Positions 13,246 through 26,400 of a stretch of DNA of 64,000 bases are shown in pieces. The DNA lies in assembly GCA_964247055.1 (NCBI GenBank), contig OZ176050.1, positions 4,030,001 through 4,094,000 on the forward strand. The letters are read 5' to 3'. Position numbers and translations under genes: made by a program. Below the pieces are notes generated by a model. It saw only the letters and a program-made list of their open reading frames with translations. It did not search any database and was not told the origin of the DNA. Source of the stretch: Paragordius varius. Taxonomy: Eukaryota; Animalia; Nematomorpha. Positions within the stretch are counted from its first letter, which is position 1. Each line of letters begins with the position of its first letter.

Positions 13246-13566
13246 GTGGGCTCTTGGGCTAGTAAAAACAGTATTCATGCACCCCCGATGCAAATCAACT
13301 AAATTTATTTAGTTGACACATTCTTTACAATATTAATTTGATATTAGAACACGCTTAAAGTTTAAGGCCTACAAAGTAAAAATATCTTATGTTATTTTTT
13401 CTTTGTGGCTATGATTTTAAAATATTAATATTATATGTTTTAAATAATTATATTGAATCCGAAAAAGAGGAGTTAAACGATAGATAACACAATAATAATC
13501 TTGGAAATAATTATTATAATTCTGTTAAATTCATTTGTGCGTTCATACATATGTCATCCTTAAACC

Positions 13567-16500
13567 ATGCTTCAGCGGGCTAAAAATTTCAATAAAGTTC
13601 TTAAGCCAGCTTTATGCTATATTAGACAGTATATTTGATTTTATAATTTTATAGAGATAAAAATATTGGCTTAGCTGTAAAAAATGTTGAGCCCGAGACA
13701 CTCAGTGGTAATATTTCCCAGGGAAAACCATTTTCTAATCATGAAATTGCCTTCGACAATAAATTTTTTGATATAGATATAAATCTTAAGAGATTTGGCA
13801 GAGTCGACAAGCAAAATGTTTTTCAACTTGTTAAAGAAATGAATAAAAAGGGTATCACCTAACTTTTTAACTTACAGCGGCTATTAATTCATTACATGCT
13901 CTTTTGTTGATTCGTTGTTGTGGAAACGTCATGGTTTCCGAATCATTATCATCAAAAAGAGAATTGATAGCGAATTTATTCAATGTTTGCATGCAAAAAG
14001 GTATACATAATTTTAATACTATTTAGATTTAAAATTTGAAATAACACATTTTAATAGCCTGCTTAAGGTTTTCACAGAAAACAAAGATTTTGGCTTAATT
14101 GATAAACTTTTCCAAGAATCTAGTAAAATAGATTCAGCGACCGCAGATGCATACCTTGTCCAACAATTAAAATTAATGTTTCCGGCTCAATTATTTCCGA
14201 ATAACCTAACCCCAAATAGAATAACCTATCAAAGATTCGTATCTTATGTTTGTGAATCAGGGAACATGGAAAAGGGCGAAGTTTTGTTACAATGCCTAAA
14301 AGATAAGGGAATATCTCTGAACGAAACAATATTTATAAGTTTGATAAATGGTTACGCATCCAAAGGGGATATTGAAAATGTCAAGGGTATTGTTCAGGTT
14401 TTTCCCTTTATCCTAATTGCTTAAAAATTAGCTGTTTTTAAACTTTTATTTTCAAAAAATCTATATAGTAATTCAAATGATAAATTTATCATTATTTTAA
14501 ATGTATCCCTTTCCTTGGTTTTTCTAAAGCGTCTCAATTTTTTAGTGTTGAATAAAAAGGATTAGGTCCGCTGTTATTACCATATATTGGTTTTTCAATA
14601 GTAAATTATACAAGTAGAGAGTTACTTTTATATATAAGAGAAATTTTTATATGATTTATATCAGGGGTGGCCACACTTTTTTTGTCGCGAGCTTTTTTTT
14701 GGCTTTTTTGTTAAAAAAAGAGTTCGCGGTCACCCAGAAATATTTATCAAAAAAACTCAATCAACACTTTAAATGATGTATATACCTGCTTTACAGATTA
14801 GAGTGACTTGTTTAAACCATTTTAAAATTGTAATTTTTTTATCTATCAACCAAATACAAAAATAATTTTAATTAAAAGACAACGGGTTATTAACTACCTT
14901 AATTTTTTAACCAACATAAAACACTTCAAAATATTTATTTATTAAATTTCTATTATATGAAATTTTACAATATAAAAATTTAAACAATGCATTTGAAATT
15001 ACAGGGGAGAATACATTATGATACAAAAAATAAAAGAAATAAAAAATAGCATTCCAATTTAGAACCATAATTTGAACATAAATAAGAGTACATTAAAATT
15101 GTATCAGTTTTAATTCTATCCACATATTTTTTAGTAAATCGGCTTTTTCCTAAGCGAAAATACAACTCGATAAACATCCATATTTAATAAAGAAAAAAAT
15201 ATTTAAAACGCCCGACTGCGAAAAAATTCAGAAAGTTTATCTAAATTAGGTTCAAATGAAGTCAAAGCAATTCTCAAACATGATTCTAAATGTTTATTAG
15301 TTAATTGTGACCTCTGTTTAGTTTTGATAGCATTCATAATTGAAAAAGCCGATTCACATAAATATGTGGATCCAAAAAAAGAATTGAATAATGCAGCGGT
15401 TTTCCAAATATGGGGGTATTTATCTTTATTTATAAATTTATATATATCTGATCCTAATGATTTTAGATGGATATCGCATTTAACATTTATTAATTCCTCT
15501 TCCAACTCTGCTAAATTTGGTACACCAAGAAAGTGGCTGAGTTTTTGAGCAATATATTAAAATTATTATTATTATTAAATGGGCATGATAAAAAAATAGC
15601 GATGTCTTCAAGTTTATTTATAGATGAAAATCGTTTTTCAAAATCATTAATAAGCAGACCAATATCATCTGCATATTTTTCAAAAGAGAGATTCTCTATT
15701 TTTTCAGACACCGCTGCCAGATTAAAAAAATGTTTTAAATCTCGGTTTTTTAATTGTGTTTCTACTACTGTTAGTGTTTCCTTAAAAGATTTTAAAGCAC
15801 CCATCATATCCATTATTGTTTTATCTTTTCCTTGTAATTGGATGTTTAATTTATGCAATTTTTCCGTGATATCGCATAAAAATGCAAGATCAAGCAGCCA
15901 ATCTTGATCTTTCAATTCAGGGTATGAAAATTTAGAATTCTCTAAAAAAATTTCTATTTGTGGTAAAAGTTGCCTAAATCTAATTAAAAATGCGGCACGA
16001 CTCAACCACCTTACATCAGTATGTAATAAAAGTTCTCCATATTCCACGCTGCACTCATTTAACAAAATTCGAAATTGGCGGCGGGACAAGCTTTTTATTC
16101 GAATGGCGTTAACAATTTTAAAACAGGGGTTCATTACATGATGGTATTTTAAAACTTTTGAACATAAAACTTGATTATGGATTATACAATGGTAATCAAT
16201 GAACTTGGGAAATGCACTGTGATTTTTACATAAAGCGATAAAGCCGTTGTTAACGCCAATCATAGCTGGAGCTCCATCAGTAATTATAGATGCGAGTTTT
16301 ACGATGGGAAGTTTCGTATCTGTGATAAATTTATAAAAAGAATCAAAAATATCCTGCCCTCTGGTTCGTTCGTGGAGAGGTATTATAGTTAATAATTCCT
16401 CCTTTGCAGATAAATCACTAAATATCATACGAATAAAAATGCATAATTGGGCGATTCCAACATAATCGGTGGACTCATCGAGTTGCAAGGAAAAAAAATA

Positions 16501-19500
16501 CAGTTATTAATATTTTCATGTAAAATTTCATCAAGATTATTACTAATATCTTCAGCCCTGCGCATAACGGTATTTCTCGATAAGCTTATGCTTTTAATAG
16601 CTGTCATAATATTATTTTTGTTATCAAAATTTTCAAATAAAATATCACAAGCGCTAATAAAGGCTTCTTTAAATATTTCACCATCTTGGAATGGCTTATT
16701 GTTCCGAATGAGTATTTCCGCTACCTTGAATGAAGCAATCGTAGCATTTTTATAGTCTTTGTTGTATTTAAGTATGCTATTTTGTGAGGCGGATAATTGT
16801 TCTTTTAATTCCTTTACTTTAATGTTGCGTTCTTGAGTTTGTAAGGGGTAGTTTTTGGAGTAATGTGGATGCAGAGATCTATAATGTCTTTCAATATTTG
16901 ACTTTTGGCAAAGCAACAGTACTATTGCATATTAGACAGGTGCATGTTTCATTTATCATAATAAAATAGTATTCATGCTCCCAATCTTTCTTGTATCTGT
17001 ACAACTTTTTTTGGCTCATTCTAAAATATAAGTTTTAAAAACCTACTTTTGGTGTATCAAATCAAATCTAACTTCACGATTATGCTTCTGATTTATGAAT
17101 AAACTTTGCTCAAAGTTTTGATATATTCAAGGGAAATGACTGATTTTAAGTTTTAATGCAAATGCTCCAAAACATATGAATTATAATTAATAAAATAATT
17201 TTTTTATACCCTTTTCTTAGACGTTTTTTTTAATTTAAACCTTATTTTTTTGTATTTTAAATTTAAATTCGCTCAGAAGTAGCCAACTATCCGAAAAAAA
17301 TCAATAAAATTTTTTTAAAAAAAATATTTTAAGGCGGTCACTTTTTGAGTTGTCGCGGTCACGAAAGTGACCGCGGTCACCTCGTTGGCCACCCCTGATT
17401 TATATGGTAGTATCTCATTAATGTTTTGCGAAAAAATATAAACATGTAATTAATATTTTAGATTATGAAGAATATGGATATAGATATGTCATCCGCTATA
17501 TATGGCGCCATAGCCAAGGCTCTCATATCCTGTGGTCAGTCTCAACAAATAAATGAGTATTTAAAGGAAGCCCTTGAAAATGGTAGTTGATTATACTCTT
17601 CTATTAATATATCTTAATTTATCTTTTTTTGCTTATATATATAATTTATCTTGTGATCAAAAATTTAGCCATGCAACAACTTTTAAATTAATATATTAGT
17701 AACGTTTTTAAAATTATATATCATCAACAATAAATATCTAAAACCTACTAATAATAAAACGTTTAAATTTTGGCACGTGTATTCAACTTCCTGAATATTG
17801 ATCACAACCATTTTTATGTAAGTTTTGCCCGGTTTTAAGTAATCAATTAATATACTTGAAAATATTTTTTGTAATGTAAATAACTAATATAATTTAATTA
17901 TAATAAATAAAGAGTAAAATTTACTTTTTTAAAAATTGGGAATTATCCAAATTTTTAAAAAGAAAAAACGTTAGCCTAGCCCAAGTTAATTAGTATTAGG
18001 TGCTGTATGTTTTAAAAAATTACGAAATCAGGGGGTATATTTTAAATTTCAAATTTTTTAGGAGTTAATTTCAACAATCGTGATATGTTTGATGTCATTT
18101 CACATGCTATCATTACACAACCCTCATTCGCCCTAAAATCGCAAATTGAGGACAAAAATGTTTCCTTTAGTGCTGATTGGAAAAGTGTTTCAAAAGATCT
18201 TTTGCCTTACATCAAACCACACGGGGATATGATGCAATGCCTTATTAATTCCGTTCATAAACTCTTATCGTACGATAATGTCAATCGGCCAGTTAATTTG
18301 GATTTACAGGCTTATGAAATGTTTAAATACTTTAGTTTTACCATTGGTCAAACGGTTGATCCATCTTTTATATGTAAGTACCATAGTATTAAATCAAATG
18401 TTAAATTTGTTAAAAATATGCTTGTATATTATTTTTTAATATATACATGATTTTTCGATAATGTATTATTCCATTTTTTAATCAAATGACTTATATGATT
18501 TTTTGCATCCGACTCTTTGTGTATTATTTTATATTGTTAGTCACGATTCTTTATGTAATATATGGTTTTCTTATATTTTTGAATTTCGCCTAAAATCTAC
18601 AAATAAAATAAAGATATTTCACTTTTTTGTTTATCATTCACATCAATATATATATATTTATTTATATTATTTACCAATTTTAGAATTGAATTAAATGATT
18701 TAATATGATTAGTACTCATTTGATAAATTAATCACGGTATATTATTTTAGTTAATAATGAACTTAAAAATTCGGGATACTTTATCGTTAAACACATGGCG
18801 GAACAAAAAGAGCCGGCACACTCTTTCAATGATTTAGCCACCATAATTAAAGATTTGCATGGGAATGAACTTAATAATTTTGCATCTCAACGTTTACTTG
18901 AATCATTTTTCAATCAACACTGTTTGCCATCTAACGCTGGAAATAAAAACCTTAAATCATCTACCCCTACTCTTGATGAGTTTATGACAAATTATAAAAA
19001 GTATAGCATTTTATTGTCTTTTTGTCTTTTTTAGTTTATCGTGAAGAATATGGGTAATTTAGAATAAATGAGTTTTAAATAATATTACACACAATGTAGC
19101 AAATTTGTTGGAAATTAAGTTTTTCAACCTTTTATAACGCTTTATTATGTTTAAATTTTATGAACTCTCAATTCAAAATTATCTTTTATTCAATTTATAA
19201 CAAATATGTGACCAAATGATGTCACAAATTATGATATTTTATACTTGGTACGTAAGATAAAAGCATATAGATATAGGTTTTTAATTTTATTAACCTTGAT
19301 ATAAGCTTATATATTTAATGAATTATAAATTATTTTATACAAAAACCAGTTTAAATTTTTTAATGAATTGTTTAAATTTAAATTTTTTGCCTTACTCCAG
19401 ATACTTCCAATTAATGAGGGATACAAAACAAGTGTTTAGACCACATTATTTTTGGCCCTTGTTTGCCAAAATTAGGAATAGCTTAAATTCACGACAATCA

Positions 19501-20445
19501 AGTCCCAATGATACTTTAAAACATTTGTTTTCCACTCTGAAAGCCATGAAAAATGAATATGGTATTGAATGTCTTAACATAAAAATACTTTTTTTTGTTC
19601 AAAATACTTACCTGTATTTAAAAATTAATGGTTTATTTGACCACTTTTCACCCTAAAACAATAAACCAAATTTCATACAGTATTTCATTCAAAATATCTT
19701 TTTTTTTCAAATCTAACTAGACATTTCTATTTAACCATTTGTTCATATAACTTACCATAAAACTTTAATCTTAAAGTTAGAGCCAAATATTAGTTTTATA
19801 TTAAAAAGCTATCAATAAATTAATCTTTAATTCGAACATTTTTCCATTAAAATAATTAAAACCATAAAATTATAATCAATAAACAATTATTATTCTTTTT
19901 TAGACTGTGTCCCTAATGTCACCACATTTCATAGTTATGTATATCCAACACTACTTGATGCACAAAATATTATGATGACTAGCTTTGAAAAAGATTCAAC
20001 AAATTCCAATGCAAATGAATCCGGCTCTATGAATAAATATAAAGGTAACATATCAGTAATAATACATAAAATTGTTTTCATTATTTTCGCATTTTATTTA
20101 AAATAACTCATAATGAGTATTAAAGGTATTAACATATCAGTAAAAATATAAAAAATTGTGTGTTTTTATTTGTCTTCTTTTTGCAATTATTATTATTATT
20201 ATTATTATTATTATAAACTTAAAGGTAAATATATATTTTTTTTCATTTAATTCAAAATAATTTATTATGTATAAATTTAAAGGTGTTAGCATTGAAATGT
20301 CTGAAGAGCTTGCTGAAGCTATGGACGAAGATTATGAAATGTCTGAGACGGCGGAAAAAAATGAAGAAATTTCAAAGAAAACATCAAAGACAACAACCAT
20401 ATTTGATCAAAATAATATAATTATGGTATGATTGATATTATAGAA

Positions 20446-20476
<31 letters not shown>

Positions 20477-23400
20477 CGTTGCAAAATGGGTAATAAAACT
20501 TTTTTTAGTTAACTTATCAAAGATATTTAACTATATTGATAAATTAAAATGGAACCATGAAAAAAAAGTACCTGTCAAGGAATTTCAACAACAGCCATTT
20601 TGATCATAATGATATCATTATGGTATAACATCGAAAATATGGCTATACAATACAAATGGCTTTGCGGGCCACATTTGAAATATATATGAACATTAAGGAT
20701 AATTTATTTCAAATATAAAATTGTAAATTAATTATAGTTTGTTGCCAATTTGATTAGGTTTATTGAAACAAGAAACATCAATTTTACCAAAATTTTGTGA
20801 GCGTATTTTTGGAAATTATGGAATAAATGTTATAAATAACTAATTCATTTATCAAGCAATAATATAATTTTTTATTAATTAATAACCATGTTTGATTGAA
20901 ATGATAATAATTATGGTAGGATATGATTGATAAATAATAATTTTAGCAATATCATTTAAACAAAATAATTAATGCGTTTAATGTAAAATAATTTGTTTGG
21001 TTATATAATGCCACTATTAACCACCGGATTTTTAACGCCATAATTAATTTGAACGATGACCGTGTTTAATACAAATATGGTTCATGATTGGATGGAATTT
21101 CGCATTTTAATATAACCAAAACAATTTAACTTATTGGTTTCTTAAATCCGATTGATTAATAATTAATTTAGTAAAAATAACACGATTTTTGTCTTCTTTT
21201 CTGAAGACTTTCAATCACATTTAAAGCCAATATTGATGTACTATCATCCATTGATTTACCGGCTTAATACTTCATTAACTCATAATTGCCAGTTATAATG
21301 AACGGATTTTTTTATCCGTATTTAATTTTTTGAATATTTACTGTGGTAAATTTTGTTAGCTATCTGGAAAAAGCAATATTTTATGTTGTTTAATAAAATA
21401 CCTAAGACATTTACAGAGAAAAGCTTTATACCAGGCTTTACACATCATGTGTAATTGAAATTTGCACTAATTGTTTTATGTAATTATGGGAAGTTTGCCT
21501 CTATAAAATAGCCTGAGCTAATATATTTATTGGTTTCGGTTGAATATACAATAAAAATTGGTATTACAAAATATAGAAAAAAATTTGATTTTTTTTATAA
21601 AAACTATATGATTTTAATTTATTAATTCTGTATGTTGTTCATATATTATGCCAGATAAGTTAAGATATATAGAATAAATCAAGGCTTTATAATATGGCTT
21701 ACTTAATAAATTTTCATTTTCGTTGTAAGTCCTATCGAAATTTAACATTTTTTACCATTAATATCTTTCATAGAAACCCATACTTTACAATGATTTAAGC
21801 CGAATATGGACAATGCTGAATCAAGGTTTACCATCCAATTTCATGAAAACTATTGAATCACGCGGTATATATTGTCGTTTATGATAGCTTTTGTTATAAG
21901 TCAATTTTTTTAATATTTTAACAATAAAAATACTTAATTTAAATATATTTTAAAGTTTTTGTTTTGTGAAGATATACTTGGAATTGTGTTTTAAATTTGA
22001 TGGTAATTATAATATTTTACCAGTTTTTATTATTAGATTTTATAATTAGATTGTTTTATAATATTTAATCCTATACACTTCAAATGAATTTATTTTTTCG
22101 ACCCTATTATAGCACTTAACTCACTACTTTTGTTTGGGCTAAACACAGCAAATGGTTTTTATACTACGCTACCTAGCTTACATTCCTTTATTCATGGATT
22201 ATCCAAAAAGAATGTTACAGAACCGCAACAAATATCACCTCTAATAGATACATATTTTATATTAAATTCGCTATCTAATCTTTACATATCTACTCTGTAT
22301 TCGACGAGTGACGCCATTTTGTCATCTAAAGGTATTATGTTCAATAACTTAGAAAACTTATATTTGTAATTAAGTTGGGTTTTTCACCCGTTAAAAAAAA
22401 TAACCAGTCTAGCTTGTGTATCTATTTGTGATAATCATAGGCAATTATCATTACCACCTATGTAAAATATATGAAGTTCACTAGTTTAAATTGGTTAAAT
22501 GGTGTCAAATTATGTTTGTATTTCATAATGAAAATGGGATATAATTTGAAGTTTTAGAATTTTTTAATGAATAATGTAGGTTTAGATAAACATATGTTTG
22601 AAAAATTTTAACCTGGTTGCTATTAAGCGCTGTTCATAAAATATGTGAATAATTCATTTTTTTCCATACAGTTAAATCTTTTTGTGCGGAAAATATTTGT
22701 GCTTTAACTCTTTTTCGAGTTTTTAATTTTTCACTTTATTTGTGCTACCCTATTTTATAAAATAAACGGATTTTTAAACATCATTCTGCTTAAAATCTTT
22801 ATTCATCATATTTTGAGTTAATACTCCATTTTTTTGTAAAAATATTAATGCTAAAATTGGTGATCAAAATAAAAGACGTTATATATATAATGCATTTGAT
22901 GAGTTTGCTGGATTAGATAATTTTTATATAATTTCCAACAAACATCATAAAATTATAAAATTAGCGACACGTTTTTTTCACAGTTAAAATAGCCATATTC
23001 ACTAATTTTTTTCTATGTATTATGATTGGGATTAACGGTTTTTTTTCAAATACAAAAAGCCTTATTCCATTTTCTTGTTGGTCAGTTATAGCGGATTTAA
23101 AAATACTTTTGTATTTTTGTGTTCTGCCGGTACCTGTAATATAAGATTTCATTTAGTGAGGAGGAATTTTTAACCTATTTAGTTAAAGATAAATACTCTT
23201 AAACTAATGATAATTATTTTTGGTAGATGTTAAAGCTAACCAATTGGAAAAGCAAATTGTAGATATTTTGGGCTGGATCAACAATTCAATCAACAAGAAT
23301 GAATCTCAAGAAACTCCATCAAGTTTAACTTTTAAAATATTTTTATCTGATCTTTTATTAAGGGAAAATATAATTTACTTTTAATATTTTTTGCTAAATA

Positions 23401-26400
23401 ATCATATATATAATATCAAATTCATTATTCCTAAAAAATCTATATTAGATTTTATATTATTTTCATTTAAAATATGTTTCAAAAATTTAAGTCCATATTT
23501 ATTTAGCTTTTTACTTAGTTTGATAATCATTATTTTTTCATTTAGCCACCCAACAAAATACGTATGACTGGAATGGCAAAGTAGTTTTTTTAAATTTAGT
23601 TTGCAATTAAACAAATTATTACAACATTGTAGTTTAAACTTTTATGGTATATAGGATATTATCGGTAATTAAGTATAGCCTTCATATATAAAAATATTCC
23701 TTAGATATTGTTGGATACTATCAACTATCTTGCTTCAAATCCAATTAAAAGTGATTCTAAACACTCCAAATCAGAATCATTAATGACAAAAACTAATGAA
23801 ACAAATACTGAACGCATATTAAACCTTATGGAATCATTTGGTAATGCTAAATTACCCATATCGAAAGAGGTGATAGAACAGTTACGAAATAGTATCCTAC
23901 CAACCTTGAATGATTATGCCTCAACTAAACAAATCCCTGCCTTTTCGCTTGAGAGCCTTAATGTAATTATTTTACATATTTTTTGAAAATATGGGTTTGA
24001 TTTAAGTAGCTATATAATTTCTAAAAGTATATGAAATACATTACCATATTTTTTTAAAAAATAAAATTTAACTAGTTTCAGAGCTATAATGTATTTTATA
24101 AAATAGATAATCGTAATTAAGTCAATGTACTCTATTAATTAATCAAATTATTTTATTTGTGAGAAACTTGGGTTAATATGGCCATATTTATGCAAAGTCA
24201 TGTATAATGAAATTTTAACTAAATAATCGAAATAAAGACAAAATTATCGACCATTCTTTCATGCCCAATATTATAAATTTTAATTTTAAATAACCTTTAA
24301 TTTTACGATTTGATATTAAAAAAATACATTTTAGACGAATGAAACTCTTTCGCTTACGAATTCGTCATCACCCCGAAGTGCAGCTCCCAAAGGATCAAAC
24401 TTTAATCAAACTTCCATAATGAATGGTACTGTTGATTTTTACAGGTTTATTTTATACCTGTTTAGCTTTTAAGGTTTTGTGTAATGCTATGTAATATTAG
24501 TTATTTATATATAAAAATTTGAATTTTACCCTATTAATGAATGTCCTACCTACCTTTTAACACTTTTAAACGAAACCTTTATATCTCTAAAAACTTATTT
24601 AATGCATAAGTTAATTAAAGAATGAAATATATTTATCATTTATGTTTTGTAGATATTTATAATACTATATTAACAATTTAATTTATATTTATCTCATATA
24701 CTAAATTGGCTATGCAGAAATTAATTGTACGTATCTTATAATATATACAATTTACAGTGGCGCTATGAATTTACGTGGAATGTCAATCCCGCAGTTGGAA
24801 TCTATGCTTAAAGTTTGTCAACAAAACTCACAAGAAACGTCAACCCTTTTCCCGGCTAATTGGCAAAAAGTCTTTTTGATTAAACGTCACCTCCTTATCC
24901 GACTTTGTAAAGAAAAACAAGGCGATTCGGTAAGCTATTAAATAAAACTTAAAATATATATACAAAGACGGATGAACTGAAAAAAAATATTAAAATTCTT
25001 TAATCACTATGATAATCTTGGTGTTTTATAAAATCTATTTTGTTAATTTGCGAAATCTGGTATAGAGATAATAGGTAATTCATTATATAGGGGTTTATAA
25101 AAAATTTAAGAATATAAATATCGTTTTATAAATATATTAAGTTTTTTCTTAAAATTTTACTGTAATAAAGAACTTTTATGCATTTGTCTAATTTTATAAT
25201 AGGTTTCTTTTATACCAGTATGATATTTGATTTAGTCAACTTTTAATTTTTGTGAAATATTTAAGCCTTGGATGAGTTATAGTTATATAATTAATACTTT
25301 AATTTTACATTAAATTCAAATTATAAGTAAAATGTAATAAACATGTTATAAAAGATAATTCTAAGCTTTTATATTAAAGTCTTTCGATTACTTAAAAGTT
25401 GGCACCCTGTTCAATATAGTCATCATTATGAATATTAAATATGGGATTTACCTCTGATTTTACGCCCTTATATTTAATACTGTATCTTTATTTTTATTAC
25501 AGTTTTATACACCACGGATTGAAACGCTTGCCAAAGATTTTGAAGACATTTTGTCGGCTTTAAGAAACGATTCAAAGAATGAAATTACAAAAGACTCACT
25601 AAAAAATACGGATGAGACTATTAAGACTGATAAAATACCATATAACTTGTCACACTTGAATGATAGTGATAAACAATCTTGTATTGCTACATGTATTAGC
25701 CTCCTAAATTATTACACTCACAAAGCTGATGGTTATCGAGCTTACCGTCTTAAAAATTTGTTTGATACACTTGTCACCGAATTCGAAAGTATTCCAAAGA
25801 CGCCTCCTATGGAAAAAATGCCGACAAACGAATCGCTCGCTGTTTTTAATAACGAAACATCGACGAATTTGTTTGGTGCGAAATTATCGGTACCAAAAAT
25901 ATTGGATATTTGTGCAGCTATTATTGGTATATTTATATATATATATACCATTTACAGTTTAATTTCACCCTTAAACAATTCAAATTCACCCTTGAACAAT
26001 TCTAATTCACCTTCGAAAAATTCAAATTCACCCTAAAATAAATTATGTGTTTTTTAAGATTAAAATTACCTATATTTTTTATATTTTGAAAAAAGAAATT
26101 TTGTTTAAAATTAAAATAATACTGAAAAATTAATAAACTATGCCATAAAAATATATTTAATTTTAATGATGATATTGGACTGAAATTTGATAATTTATTT
26201 TTAGGGTGAATCGAATTGTTCAAGGGTGAATTTGAATTGTAAATGGTATATATATTTGATTATATAATCGTTAAAAATATCTAAATTTTAGGAATGATTT
26301 TTTTGTTATCCATGTTAAAAACGTAAATAATATTGATTGTTATGAGGTTTTTTCTGACATTCCTGTGGGTTTTATTGAAATTATTCGTTTTGGAAATTTT

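Noticed and set aside
25946-26248. The 21-bp arrays and the ~160-bp array as possible CRISPR arrays
   Set aside because: The repeats are head-to-tail with no unique spacers or lie inside inverted arms. The context is eukaryotic and intron-containing, with no cas genes.
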